64,000 nt of DNA, taken from assembly GCA_963677975.1 (NCBI GenBank), contig OY782677.1:643178-707177 (forward strand). Direction: 5' to 3'. This document shows, piece by piece, positions 44,211-54,305 of this stretch (position 1 is the stretch's first letter; each line of letters starts with the position of its first letter). This DNA is from Bacteroidales bacterium (lineage in GTDB: Bacteria; Bacteroidota; Bacteroidia; Bacteroidales; UBA4417). The notes under the pieces were generated by a model, which was not told the origin of the DNA, did no database searches, and saw only the letters and a list, made by a program, of their open reading frames with translations. The translations under genes were made by a program, and so were the position numbers.

Positions 44211-47200
44211 TTAATCAAGTGAATAAATTATTTTTACCTGTTTCATTTCATTATTTCCATACATAAGTGGCAGGTACATCGGCTCGGCTTTGGCGGGGTT
44301 TAGATGAAAAATGCCTACATATCTTGGTAGCAAATCAAATTTAAAGGTGTATTTCCCGATAAAAAGGTGGTCAAGATAAATATTAACCTGGTTTTTGTAA
44401 TATTCACGATGGGCCTCGCTGTAAGAAGCCTTGGTTTTTTCATTATAAGAACAGCCGGCAGGAATCGGCACCTGTAACATTATGTAGTCAGCATCTTTCT
44501 TAACATGCACGGTAATCGAGCAGGTTACTTTTTTACCCGCAACCAGAATACCCGGTTTTTGATCAGTAGTGAAAGAGGTGGAGATTTCAAAAAAATCAGT
44601 TTTTGCTTTCGGATTCTCGTCCCTCAGGGTTTGATATGTGCTTATATAAACCGGCCCCGTTCCTGTTTTTCGAATGGTAAACCGCGCCGAAGGAGAAATT
44701 TTCAACTTAGTGGGAAATGTGCTGATTGTTTGGTTGATATCACCGGCTAACTGTATTTTGGGTTTGTTATACTCATTCATGGTTATATCTGGCAATAATG
44801 TCTCGATAGTATTTGTCGACTCATAAGTATTGCGCCACGATCCGGTATGCCTGATTTCGAAAAAATAGTTGCGGATACGCCACAACATATCCTTGTATAA
44901 TCCTGAACTCCTGATGATCCGATAAGCAGAAAGCGTTGCCGCTGTTGAATTGCTGCAGATATGATAATAGCTATCCCTGACCGGTATAAACGTATTTCCA
45001 TAGAGTGTTGTATCAAATGATCTTACCAGGCTATCAATATTAACTGGTATTCCCATCTTCTGTCGTAGTTCGAGAATCATCATTTTTTCCGTTATAGTAT
45101 GGCTTTTCTTCCGTTCAAGATTTTGAATTACTTCGGCCAGGCCTACATAATCTGGAATAGCTGATAACAATTGGGCTATAATAAATGAATCATAGTGTAA
45201 AGTATCCGTTGAATTATAGACTAAATACTGTGAAAATTTTAGCTTGTCGAATTCTACTTTGTATCCTGCCTTTTCAGCCGAGCTGAAGGCTTCAATCACG
45301 TGTTTCGACATCCAGAGTGATGTTGGCCCTTTTCCCCACCAGCCCCACATACCATCCTCGTTCTGGTTTTGCCTGAGCAGGTAAATAAGTTTATTGATTT
45401 CCTTATCATTATCGAAGATTTCGCCTTTATATTCCAGCAAGTACTTCCTGAACAGAAGAGCCTTTAGTTTTGAGGCCATTTGCTCATTGCAGTTATAAAT
45501 ATAGGTTACAACTTTTTCTGTTTCATCGAGAAGCACATCTAATTCGCTTATATCGAAGCTGATTGTAACACTGTCAGTTCCTGATTCGAAAACAGGTGCA
45601 GCAACCATTGTGTCGGATTGAAGATAGAAGAACTGCCCTTTATTCACTTCAGACCCCTTGGGAATGATTTCGAGATTGCGTGATTCACCATCGAAATACC
45701 CGTCATCGGAGAGAAAGGAATAGGTGATATTTACTGAATCATGGTCTTGTGCAACAAAGGGTAATGTGTCGATAACAACGTCGGTAAAAGATTGTGTATG
45801 TGTGAACAACGTATCGCTGTTAACTTTTAGCTGCGACCTGCCTTTAACAGTTCCGGTATTATAATTGATAACTTTTCCGAGTGCCTTAACACTGTCGCCG
45901 GCAACCAGAAACCGAGGCATGGCGATCTGTGCCGAAAGGGGCTTAAAAGCTTTCACGGAACCGTTCGTCTGGCCTGTTTTTCGCTTGTCGGTAATTGCGA
46001 TAACCGAAGTTTGCCAGTTTGTAATATCATCGGGGAACCGGACTTTAAAACTGACCTTACCCAGTTTATCAGTTCGTAACTGCGGTTGCCAGAAAGCGTA
46101 ATCGGAGAAATTACTACGGAGCGAAGTTGCATTTTTTGCCGCTTCCATAAACTCATCGGTGATTTCGATTCCTTTTGAAGATTTGGCAAAACCTGTATTG
46201 GTTGTTACCAGTATAGCGCCATTAGAAGCTTTTTCGCCAAACCGGGCTACTGCCATCTCGCCCGATATTTCTTCAGTATGATGAATCGATGATTTATCGA
46301 AATCACTCCAGTTACCATAAAACACAATTCCATCTACTATAATAAGCTTCTGATTGGCCTTTACGGTAGCTCCGGGTTCATTGGTTGTAACCTGTATGCC
46401 CGCAACTCTGGCAGTCATGCCTGACATCATATTGTCCTGAGCATACTCCATTTCCTGGCTGGATACCGTTGCTGACGAAACACCATGTTCCCGAGCTTGT
46501 CGGGTGATCCCATAAGCAGTTACCACAACTCCTTCTATTGAAACTGCACTTGGGCTCAGATAAAAATCGATATTGTCATATTCACCAACTTCCACTTCTT
46601 GCATTTTCATACCTACGAAACTGACCTGAAGAACAGGTTTTATTAATGAGATTTTCAATCGAAACTTACCATCTATATCGGTTAAAGTGCCATTTGAAGT
46701 ACCTTTCAATAATACAGTTGCACCAGGTATGGGTCCTTTGTCTTCTGAATCGCGAACAATTCCTGTGATGTACCTTCCGTCACCTTCGAATTCCATGAAA
46801 GCACTATAAGAGCGCTGTAATGCAACATAATCTTTTTGTGTAACCGAATTAAAGAACACATTGACAAATTTGTCGCGGTAAATTATTTCACATAACTTCT
46901 GGCTTAAGGAATCCCGCGGATGGATTTGTGCGGTTTGTATTGAGTTCAGCACCTTCGTTTGTCCTTCCCGGACCTCAACAGAGTCTGATTTAATATATTG
47001 GCATCCAGGAAATATAGTGATAATATCATAGTAGCCTTTTTCAAGATTGATGTACGTTGATGCCCTGCATATTATTGAAAATCTGGGTTCTCCTCTTCGG
47101 AAAACAATGTGAAAAAGAGGGGTGAGATTAGAGCCAGATCCAATCGGCGATTTTAATAAGATAACCTTACCGGTACTCCCCCATGAAGCATAGGGTTCAG

Positions 47201-50123
47201 CTAGTCCCGGGGAGTTATCAGCAATCTTTTTCAGTTTGAGTGTCTCCCATATGTCAAAGATGACTTTCTCAGTAAGCACACTATCAGCGAGTGTGATATC
47301 TCTTGTGGTTGAGAAGTCGAGATGGGGTTGAGCTTTTTTCTCCTGAGTCCGCATTTTTATCAAGCCGGGTGCGAAATCATACTCAAACCCGGGCTCAAAT
47401 ACCGTTTTTGTTCCCCAGGAACCCGTTTGTTTAAATTCAAATTCTTCAGCACGCAACGGACCGGCAAAATCGGATTTTACGAATCGCCCCTGGATGAAAT
47501 TATTCTGCAGGAAAACATTATCGTGTTGTTTAATATATGCGAAGCCATCGGAGAAATTATTCCTTACCGGCATAATATAACTCATCAGGTATTTTTCCTC
47601 GTCTTCGGAATATTTGCCTTTTTCCGCTCCTTTGATGTATACATTGGAGAGTTGTGCGTCGTCACTCACACTGAATACCGTTTTATATCCCGATTTGAAG
47701 GTAACATTACGGATCATTATTTTTTTTGTTGATGTCCGAATCATGATTGTATGCAGGCCCGGACTTACTGCAAAAGAATATGGTGAAAATCCCGGTTTGG
47801 AATTAGCAATATAAACTGGCCTTTGGTCGACATATACTGCCTGGATAGGTTCAAAATAACCGTCATGGGTTATAAAAGGGGAAAACTGAGTAATGCCTTC
47901 CACCGTTGGAATGGTGTAACTGAAAATGCTGTCGGGTGGATAAGCAAGGCGATAAAATCGGGTAGTATCAAGTTTAAGTGGCTTTATCCAGTTGTTGAAT
48001 AGCTCCGGATGGTTGGAATAGATTCCTTTGAATTCAACATTGTTTAGGGTAAAAGTGTTTATCAGCCGACGAGCATGCTTCTTTTCACGTATGAAATCTC
48101 CAATATCTGGTAATGGTTTGTTAAATTTTGCTGTATAGGCTAGTGCAGTTACATCTGCATCAGGAACCGGTTTTCCCCTGGCATCCTCAACCGAAATTTG
48201 TATTTGGGTTTCCTGTCCTGGAATTACAATACCGGGTTGTTCCACCTTAACCAGGAGGTGATTCTTCCTGTAAGGGATACTGTATTCAGCATTCTGCACC
48301 TTACCGGCCCAAATGTATTGTAATGAGAGGTAGTAATTTTTTTTATCCTTATACCGCTGTTTGTAATCAAACTCCCTGTCGTATCCCCGCTGAATCTGTT
48401 TGTTGTTTCTGTAAAGGTAGTAGGTAAACGGAAGGTATTGTGGGTTAAAAACACGTAAAGAGATTTTCCCCTTTTCACGGCTCGAAGAACAGAAAATCTC
48501 AGCATCCTCATCTTCCATATCGATTACTTTCTCTATCTGGCCCACCTCAACTGCTATCGAATTTATTAAAGGGTCGATATGCATCGTTACCGGTAATACT
48601 ACTCTCCGGTTATAAACCAGGTTGCCAAAACCATCTATCCCTTTTATTACGCCACTTGCCCACTCCAGTCGCCCATCGATCATATAGGCAAGTGTAATGG
48701 AATCGTCTTGAGTAGTCGAGGTAATTTCTGTAACGCGATGTTTAAAAGGAACTAAGATGACTTTTTCTTTTGTGTCGAAATCAGCGGTCTGCATTATCAT
48801 TTTAACGGAGTAACTCATGCTTTCGGCACTGAAAATGGAATCCGGGATTTCGATTTCTGTTTCACCTGATGCTAAAAGGGGGATTTTTTTATTGAGTAAG
48901 GTATCCGGAATAAAAACCCAATCTCCGCGAATTTCATTAAAGCTTTTTGGCGTTATAATTAGCCGTAAGGAGGCATCGGGAAGGTTGAGCCCATTTTCAT
49001 CGGTTCCTTTTACAAACAACCTGAAAGGAACACCCGCAATATGGTTTGCAGATGGTTGCCTCACTTCGAGATTCGATTTCCTTAACTCATAATCTTCTAG
49101 TTTGAAACTCCCTGAAATAATAGGGTAACGATTTTCCGCAAAACTGAGCCTGTACTCTTTATCAATTTTCAGATTCAGTGATTTATTGAGAATTAACTCA
49201 TAGCTATACCCTCCGGGTCGGTACGGACTGACTGTTCCTAATAATTTCTCTTCGTTATCATGCCAGTTTCCGATACGTACAATCAAAGGTTTATCAATCA
49301 GTTTTGTATCTTCACCCGTGATGAATGCTTTACATCGAACCGTATCGCCGGGCCTGTAAACAGGTTTGTTAAAAACCATTAACCCGTCTTCTTCATATCT
49401 GTTACGATTAATAGAATTAAATATCCTGCTGAAGCAATACCTGAAATAGTTATATGATTTGTTGTAACTGTAAGGGACAATAAGCTGTTTTACTCCGTCA
49501 AAAGGTAGCCGGATAACATTGTACAAGGGGAGGATCACATACCTCAGAGGAGTTCCGTAAACCAATGTTCGACGCCCTCTTTTAAAGGTTGAATTATCCC
49601 GGCCTCTTGTGAGTTCGACATATTGAGTGTGTCCAAGCCAGCTTACTGTGAGCATTCCCTTTTTGTTTGCCTTCGGGATACGGTATAACCGGGCTTTTGT
49701 ATCGAAACCGATGATTCTGTTATTGATTCTTACCGATGCGTCAGATACTGTATTCCCGCATAAATCAACCACTTCAATACATAAATCGGCACTGTTATTT
49801 TTAATGTTAACTATACAGTTATTCACCGTATAAGGTTCTATTACCAGATCGGTTTCCTTAAGATAAACTTTCAGATAATGTCCGGCTTCTAATGAATTTG
49901 TATAATTGCCGTACGTCGGAAATGAATCGATAAGTGTGTGAAAATCAGTTTCCGCGAAGTTAATGTATTCAGTATTCTTGTGTTTCCAGTAACGGGATGC
50001 TTCCTTTTCACTTATCTTAAAAATATAAGTATAAGGCGAAATCTGTATTGGTTTAGCACTATTTTGTGATAGCGAATAAAACGGGAATGCCAGGAACAGA
50101 ATAACAGATAACAGATTCTTCAT
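44211..50123 (-). CDS. Giant alpha-2-macroglobulin family protein with an internal CarboxypepD_reg + TonB-Plug-like module
   Basis: MKNLLSVILFLAFPFYSLSQ signal at the ATG at 50123 (the ORF extends to 50174); GIVRDSEDKGPIPGATVLLKGTSNGTLTDIDGKF plus a Plug-like segment; the A2M signature FWQPQLRTDKLGKVSFKVRFPDDITNWQ...PRFLVAGD; a thioester-domain-like YNCNEQ (45480..45491) and QNEDGMWGWW. Confidence 0.85.
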   Translation of the reverse strand: MKNLLSVILFLAFPFYSLSQNSAKPIQISPYTYIFKISEKEASRYWKHKNTEYINFAETDFHTLIDSFPTYGNYTNSLEAGHYLKVYLKETDLVIEPYTVNNCIVNIKNNSADLCIEVVDLCGNTVSDASVRINNRIIGFDTKARLYRIPKANKKGMLTVSWLGHTQYVELTRGRDNSTFKRGRRTLVYGTPLRYVILPLYNVIRLPFDGVKQLIVPYSYNKSYNYFRYCFSRIFNSINRNRYEEDGLMVFNKPVYRPGDTVRCKAFITGEDTKLIDKPLIVRIGNWHDNEEKLLGTVSPYRPGGYSYELILNKSLNLKIDKEYRLSFAENRYPIISGSFKLEDYELRKSNLEVRQPSANHIAGVPFRLFVKGTDENGLNLPDASLRLIITPKSFNEIRGDWVFIPDTLLNKKIPLLASGETEIEIPDSIFSAESMSYSVKMIMQTADFDTKEKVILVPFKHRVTEITSTTQDDSITLAYMIDGRLEWASGVIKGIDGFGNLVYNRRVVLPVTMHIDPLINSIAVEVGQIEKVIDMEDEDAEIFCSSSREKGKISLRVFNPQYLPFTYYLYRNNKQIQRGYDREFDYKQRYKDKKNYYLSLQYIWAGKVQNAEYSIPYRKNHLLVKVEQPGIVIPGQETQIQISVEDARGKPVPDADVTALAYTAKFNKPLPDIGDFIREKKHARRLINTFTLNNVEFKGIYSNHPELFNNWIKPLKLDTTRFYRLAYPPDSIFSYTIPTVEGITQFSPFITHDGYFEPIQAVYVDQRPVYIANSKPGFSPYSFAVSPGLHTIMIRTSTKKIMIRNVTFKSGYKTVFSVSDDAQLSNVYIKGAEKGKYSEDEEKYLMSYIMPVRNNFSDGFAYIKQHDNVFLQNNFIQGRFVKSDFAGPLRAEEFEFKQTGSWGTKTVFEPGFEYDFAPGLIKMRTQEKKAQPHLDFSTTRDITLADSVLTEKVIFDIWETLKLKKIADNSPGLAEPYASWGSTGKVILLKSPIGSGSNLTPLFHIVFRRGEPRFSIICRASTYINLEKGYYDIITIFPGCQYIKSDSVEVREGQTKVLNSIQTAQIHPRDSLSQKLCEIIYRDKFVNVFFNSVTQKDYVALQRSYSAFMEFEGDGRYITGIVRDSEDKGPIPGATVLLKGTSNGTLTDIDGKFRLKISLIKPVLQVSFVGMKMQEVEVGEYDNIDFYLSPSAVSIEGVVVTAYGITRQAREHGVSSATVSSQEMEYAQDNMMSGMTARVAGIQVTTNEPGATVKANQKLIIVDGIVFYGNWSDFDKSSIHHTEEISGEMAVARFGEKASNGAILVTTNTGFAKSSKGIEITDEFMEAAKNATSLRSNFSDYAFWQPQLRTDKLGKVSFKVRFPDDITNWQTSVIAITDKRKTGQTNGSVKAFKPLSAQIAMPRFLVAGDSVKALGKVINYNTGTVKGRSQLKVNSDTLFTHTQSFTDVVIDTLPFVAQDHDSVNITYSFLSDDGYFDGESRNLEIIPKGSEVNKGQFFYLQSDTMVAAPVFESGTDSVTISFDISELDVLLDETEKVVTYIYNCNEQMASKLKALLFRKYLLEYKGEIFDNDKEINKLIYLLRQNQNEDGMWGWWGKGPTSLWMSKHVIEAFSSAEKAGYKVEFDKLKFSQYLVYNSTDTLHYDSFIIAQLLSAIPDYVGLAEVIQNLERKKSHTITEKMMILELRQKMGIPVNIDSLVRSFDTTLYGNTFIPVRDSYYHICSNSTAATLSAYRIIRSSGLYKDMLWRIRNYFFEIRHTGSWRNTYESTNTIETLLPDITMNEYNKPKIQLAGDINQTISTFPTKLKISPSARFTIRKTGTGPVYISTYQTLRDENPKAKTDFFEISTSFTTDQKPGILVAGKKVTCSITVHVKKDADYIMLQVPIPAGCSYNEKTKASYSEAHREYYKNQVNIYLDHLFIGKYTFKFDLLPRYVGIFHLNPAKAEPMYLPLMYGNNEMKQVKIIYSLD

Positions 50124-50255
50124 ATTCAAAGGAATATTGATGCAATATAGCAAAAAAGACAGCAAGAACGACAAAATCTTCTTGGGTATTCAATGTTGAA
50201 TGCTAAAGGAACATAAATCATTATGGGTAAAAATGTCTCTCAGCAATAAAATTGG

Positions 50256-52070
50256 TTACTTTTTCGAGGTCGAAAAATAGTACAACTTTTCGCTTCTTGG
50301 GTTAAATTTAACCGGGTTTGTTCCGGCGGCTATAAATCCTTTGAGCATAATCTTATTCCCCTCAGCGGCAACCTTTCCGTCGAATTTCCAGTAATAGGGA
50401 TTATGAACGAATTTGATGCATTTCGGATCATCCTTTACCCTTGGGAAATCACAACAATTCAACGAACCTTTGGGGTATGTAAAACCATATATTGAGCCAA
50501 CAACCATTATAACCCCGGTTGGATCGATGGTTCCCTGGAGGTTGGTTCCTTTTACATAGAATCCGTCCCTGGGATATTCCTTGTGAAATTCAAAATCGCA
50601 GGTGACATTTTTGCCTTTTATTTCAAACTTCAGGGTGGAAATTGTGATTGTATACCTGCTGTCAACTTTTTCAAGATTATCGGGGTTAAACTCAACCCGG
50701 CCTTCATAAATCCCATCGAACCCGGGGTATCTGACCAGTTGAATCCGGGCCGATGAGGCATTATGGGTCGAATAGCTCAATATTGCAATTTCGGTCCATT
50801 TACCGGGCTGGAAAACAATATTCAGGCTATCCTTTTTCGAATAGAGATCGAGCATACGGATCAGTTTCCGTTCGGTTTTGCAACATTCAAAAATCTGAAC
50901 CTTGCAATCGCCTTCCTGTGCCAGGTTCTTTATGGTATAAATCGAATCCTTACAATCGCCCTGCTTGAGGATTTTTAGCACACGCAGCGACATATAGGGA
51001 ACCTGAACGTCATATTCGGCCGTGTACTCGGTGTCTTTTTTCTTGAATATAATTGAATTTACATAGGCCGGACCCGCTTCCCCGATTTTCAGGAACATGG
51101 TTTTACCATCGCCATCTTTATGCTGTAGCAGGTACATCATGTAATCGTAATATTCCTGTCCCAGCCCTTTGGATCCAAGGTCGGCTTTCACATAATCATC
51201 GAGCGAACTCCTGACATATGAAAACGAATTCGACCACTTGGTCGGGTAGAAGAAGATTTGTTTGAACTCTGCCTTCTTCCCCGTACGGTAATACTGAAGG
51301 AAACTAAGAAAAGCGCTGCTGATATACCAGTTGGGCTGAACATTACAAACATCCCACGAGTCATGTATTATATTCTGAATGCCTGTTTTTGCATCCATGG
51401 CCGATTCTTCAGCCTCGTATGGAGTATTCGTCGGAAAAACAAGACGGTCGGCCTGGGTTGCAAGACTTTCCCACCACCAGAAATTAACACCCCTGGATAC
51501 ACCCAGGGCAAATACGCTGTATGATTTTGCGGTTACATAATGCAGAAGTTCGTGTGCGCACACCTTCTGCAGGGAAAGCGCCTGACTTGGGATTTCGGCT
51601 GATATGGAAACATTCTGGCTGATGTAAACCCAACCCGTGAGGGGATTGTTTTCGCCATCCGTACCGGGATCCAGACGACAGACATACACATCCACACTGG
51701 TTTTAATGGTATAAACAGCTACATGGTCAACCTCCCTGTCGGCCGCTACAAAACCCAATTCTACATATTTTGCAAGTGCTTTTTCGAAATTGGCACCCAT
51801 ATCGATGATGTAATATGGCACCGCACGCTTTGTTTTGCCCGGGTTTTCAGGATCATAAATCATGTCGGGATCACCGCTCACCGCTTTTTCCCCGATTGGT
51901 TTATTGACCGGAACATACGAGGCATCCTTGCGTTGGGGAACCGAGTCGGCATTGTAATGGATATAAAAATGTTCCGTTTTATAAAGGTCAGGATAAGTTT
52001 GCGAAGATCCGGTTTTTTGAAATCCAACGATGAGCAATAAACCAAAAGCGATAGCAGTAAAGAGTTTCAT
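50256..52070 (-). CDS. Secreted putative zinc metallopeptidase (HExxH, gluzincin-like) with C-terminal beta-rich domains
   Basis: Signal peptide; CAHELLHYV (HELLH at 51540..51554) followed 24 residues later by WWWESLA. No other recognisable domain by eye. Confidence 0.65.
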   Translation of the reverse strand: MKLFTAIAFGLLLIVGFQKTGSSQTYPDLYKTEHFYIHYNADSVPQRKDASYVPVNKPIGEKAVSGDPDMIYDPENPGKTKRAVPYYIIDMGANFEKALAKYVELGFVAADREVDHVAVYTIKTSVDVYVCRLDPGTDGENNPLTGWVYISQNVSISAEIPSQALSLQKVCAHELLHYVTAKSYSVFALGVSRGVNFWWWESLATQADRLVFPTNTPYEAEESAMDAKTGIQNIIHDSWDVCNVQPNWYISSAFLSFLQYYRTGKKAEFKQIFFYPTKWSNSFSYVRSSLDDYVKADLGSKGLGQEYYDYMMYLLQHKDGDGKTMFLKIGEAGPAYVNSIIFKKKDTEYTAEYDVQVPYMSLRVLKILKQGDCKDSIYTIKNLAQEGDCKVQIFECCKTERKLIRMLDLYSKKDSLNIVFQPGKWTEIAILSYSTHNASSARIQLVRYPGFDGIYEGRVEFNPDNLEKVDSRYTITISTLKFEIKGKNVTCDFEFHKEYPRDGFYVKGTNLQGTIDPTGVIMVVGSIYGFTYPKGSLNCCDFPRVKDDPKCIKFVHNPYYWKFDGKVAAEGNKIMLKGFIAAGTNPVKFNPRSEKLYYFSTSKK

Positions 52071-52093
52071 GACATGTGCATTTAGAGGGTTTC

Positions 52094-52101
52094 CAAAACT
52101 A
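52094..52101 (-). promoter_or_regulatory. -7 box (TAGTTTTG) for the HExxH gene
   Basis: TAnnTTTG 23 nt upstream of the ATG at 52070. Confidence 0.35.
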
Positions 52102-52329
52102 ATTCTTATCTGTGTTATAATACAAAATTAACTCGGCAACCAAACTTTTTCGATACTATCAAAGTTAAATTAATTTAGCAGAGAAGAAAAAATAATTATT
52201 GGTTCACAGGGACAGCACTTAGGCCCAATACAGGGTATTTGCAAAAGCAAATAAAAAATTCCGGAACAACATAAAGTGGACCGGGATTTGAATGCTTTAA
52301 AGGTCAGGTAACAGAGTCGTCACCAGTAT

Positions 52330-53607
52330 TTATACCACCTTCACCAGGAAATAATTCTTCTTTCCTTTTTGTGCAAGAATATACTTATTGTTGAGTAAAA
52401 AAGCAGATGTAACAATGGTTTCCTCCAGCGCTTTTTCTTTGTTTACCTGCACTCCTCCGTCCTTAAGCATTCGCCGGGCTTCGCCTTTTGACGGGAAAAT
52501 CCCTGTTTTCTCCGAAAGGAAATCCACCATGCCAATCCCGGCTTCAAGTTCCGTGCGGCTGATTTCGCTTTGCGGAACACCTTCGAAAACACCTAATAAG
52601 GTTTTTTCATCCAGCTGGCGGAGGGTTTCGGTAGTTCCTTTACCAAACAGTATTTCCGAAGCCTGCACAGCCTGGTCGTACTCGGCCTGCCCATGAACGC
52701 GCAGTGTAAGATCTTTGGCCAGCGCTTTCTGCAATGCCCGAAGGTGTGGCGCCAGTTCATGTTCAGCCTCAAGAGTTTCTATCTCATTATGGTTGAAAAG
52801 TGTAAAAATGCGGATGTGTTTTTTCGAATCGTCGTCGCTGCAGTTGAGCCAGAACTGGTAAAAAGCATAGGGCGAAGTCTTTTCGGGATCGAGCCAGATA
52901 TTGCCTTTTTCGGTTTTGCCGAATTTGCCGCCGTCCGATTTGGTAATAAGCGGGCAGGTAACGGCATAAGCCTCGCCTCCGGCTTTGCGGCGTATAAGTT
53001 CGGTGCCGGTAAGTATATTCCCCCACTGGTCGCTGCCGCCCATCTGTATTTTACAATTTTTATTTTCGTAGAGGTGCAGAAAATCGTACCCCTGTACCAG
53101 CTGGTAGGTGAACTCCGTGAACGAAAGGCCTGTTTCGAGGCGTTTTTGAACCGAATCCTTAGCCATCATATAATTCACTGTGAGGTGTTTGCCTACTTCG
53201 CGAAGGAACCGCAGGAAGGAAAATTCCTTCATCCAGTCGTAGTTGTTTACTATTTCGGCATGATTTGGTTTCGACGGATCAAAATCCAGGAACCGGAGCA
53301 ATTGCACTTTTATACAGTCCTGGTTGTGTCGAAGAAGTTCTTCGCTCAGCAGGTTGCGTTCCTCGCTCTTGCCCGAAGGGTCGCCTATCATTCCGGTTGC
53401 CCCGCCTACCAGCGCCAGCGGTTTATGGCCAGCCAGCTGCAGGTGTTTCAGCATCATGATCGAAACCAAGTGCCCGATATGAAGCGAATCGGCAGTAGGG
53501 TCGATGCCGACATATGCCGTGGTCATTTCTTTCTCAAGCTGCTCAGCCGTGCCGGGCGTAACATCGTGTATCATCCCGCGCCAGCGCAGTTCGTCGACAA
53601 AACTCAT
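52330..53607 (-). CDS. tyrS: Tyrosine--tRNA ligase
   Basis: DSLHIGHLV (HIGH), KFGKT (KMSKS) and a C-terminal S4-like domain. Confidence 0.95.
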   Translation of the reverse strand: MSFVDELRWRGMIHDVTPGTAEQLEKEMTTAYVGIDPTADSLHIGHLVSIMMLKHLQLAGHKPLALVGGATGMIGDPSGKSEERNLLSEELLRHNQDCIKVQLLRFLDFDPSKPNHAEIVNNYDWMKEFSFLRFLREVGKHLTVNYMMAKDSVQKRLETGLSFTEFTYQLVQGYDFLHLYENKNCKIQMGGSDQWGNILTGTELIRRKAGGEAYAVTCPLITKSDGGKFGKTEKGNIWLDPEKTSPYAFYQFWLNCSDDDSKKHIRIFTLFNHNEIETLEAEHELAPHLRALQKALAKDLTLRVHGQAEYDQAVQASEILFGKGTTETLRQLDEKTLLGVFEGVPQSEISRTELEAGIGMVDFLSEKTGIFPSKGEARRMLKDGGVQVNKEKALEETIVTSAFLLNNKYILAQKGKKNYFLVKVV

Positions 53608-53626
53608 AAAAATATATTTAGGGGTG

Positions 53627-53634
53627 CAAAGTTA
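53627..53634 (-). promoter_or_regulatory. -7 box (TAACTTTG) for tyrS
   Basis: TAnnTTTG 19 nt upstream of the ATG at 53607. Confidence 0.4.
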
Positions 53635-53757
53635 GGAAAAGTATTGATTTCCTTTGCCAGCTGAAAATGCCTTGTGAAAAGCAAGCAAATGTTTAAATCC
53701 GGATCGGTTTTTGTGATGAAATGTTTACCGTAGTTTGCACAAACAAATATTTTAAAC

Positions 53758-54198
53758 ATGAAAAAGCTGTTTCTGTTAATTGCATCAATTTTTGCCTTAA
53801 GTTTTTCAATTGCCCAGACGACAGTCCGCCTGGGGCAGGGATCATACGGCGATATTTTATACAACTGGGACGGACAATACCTCCGCATCGGGCCAAGCTC
53901 ATATGGTGATATACTAATCAATTGGGATGGGAAATACATCCGCAAAGGCTCCAGTTCGTATGGCGATGTTCTATGCAACTGGGACGGTGAAAATTACCGG
54001 CAGGGCTCAAGTGATTATGGCGACATCCTCTACAACCGCGATGGAGTGTTTATCCGCAAGGGCTCGTCATCCTATGGCGATGTCCTGTTTAACTATGATG
54101 GCAAATTTGTGAGGAAAGGCTCAGGTTCCTACGGAGATATACTCTACACTATTGATGGCAAACTTCCTGTACCAATATTGATTTACATTCTTGAATAA
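53758..54198 (+). CDS. Small secreted protein made of six tandem 19-aa repeats (SYGD[IV]L.N.DG...R.GSS)
   Basis: MKKLFLLIASIFALSFSIAQ signal, followed by a regular 19-aa period. Confidence 0.7.
   Translation: MKKLFLLIASIFALSFSIAQTTVRLGQGSYGDILYNWDGQYLRIGPSSYGDILINWDGKYIRKGSSSYGDVLCNWDGENYRQGSSDYGDILYNRDGVFIRKGSSSYGDVLFNYDGKFVRKGSGSYGDILYTIDGKLPVPILIYILE
53842..54162 (+). repeat. 57-nt period tandem coding repeat (5 full units plus 1 truncated)
   Basis: Units start at 53842, 53899, 53956, 54013, 54070 and 54127. The peptide is conserved while third positions diverge. Confidence 0.8.
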
Positions 54199-54293
54199 AT
54201 CCAGAACCCTCTTAAAGATCCTACTATAAATGACCGATTACGACAGAAGCTGCTTATAAATACTGATACCCCTTCAATAACAGATAAAATTCA

Positions 54294-54301
54294 TAGTTTT
54301 G
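54294..54301 (+). promoter_or_regulatory. -7 box (TAGTTTTG) only 4 nt before the ATG (possible leaderless mRNA)
   Basis: The TAnnTTTG ends at 54301 and the ATG is at 54306. Confidence 0.3.
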
Positions 54302-54305
54302 TATC

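Noticed and set aside
50124-50255. A separate promoter for the A2M gene in the gap after the HExxH gene.
   Set aside because: There is no TAnnTTTG match on the minus strand in this gap, only a weak 6-bp palindrome (ATTCAA..TTGAAT). Co-transcription is therefore the simpler reading.
52693-53664. 323-aa plus-strand ORF covering most of the tyrS locus.
   Set aside because: It is a shadow ORF antisense to an unambiguous tyrS with HIGH and KFGKT motifs. Its translation is low-complexity and motif-free.
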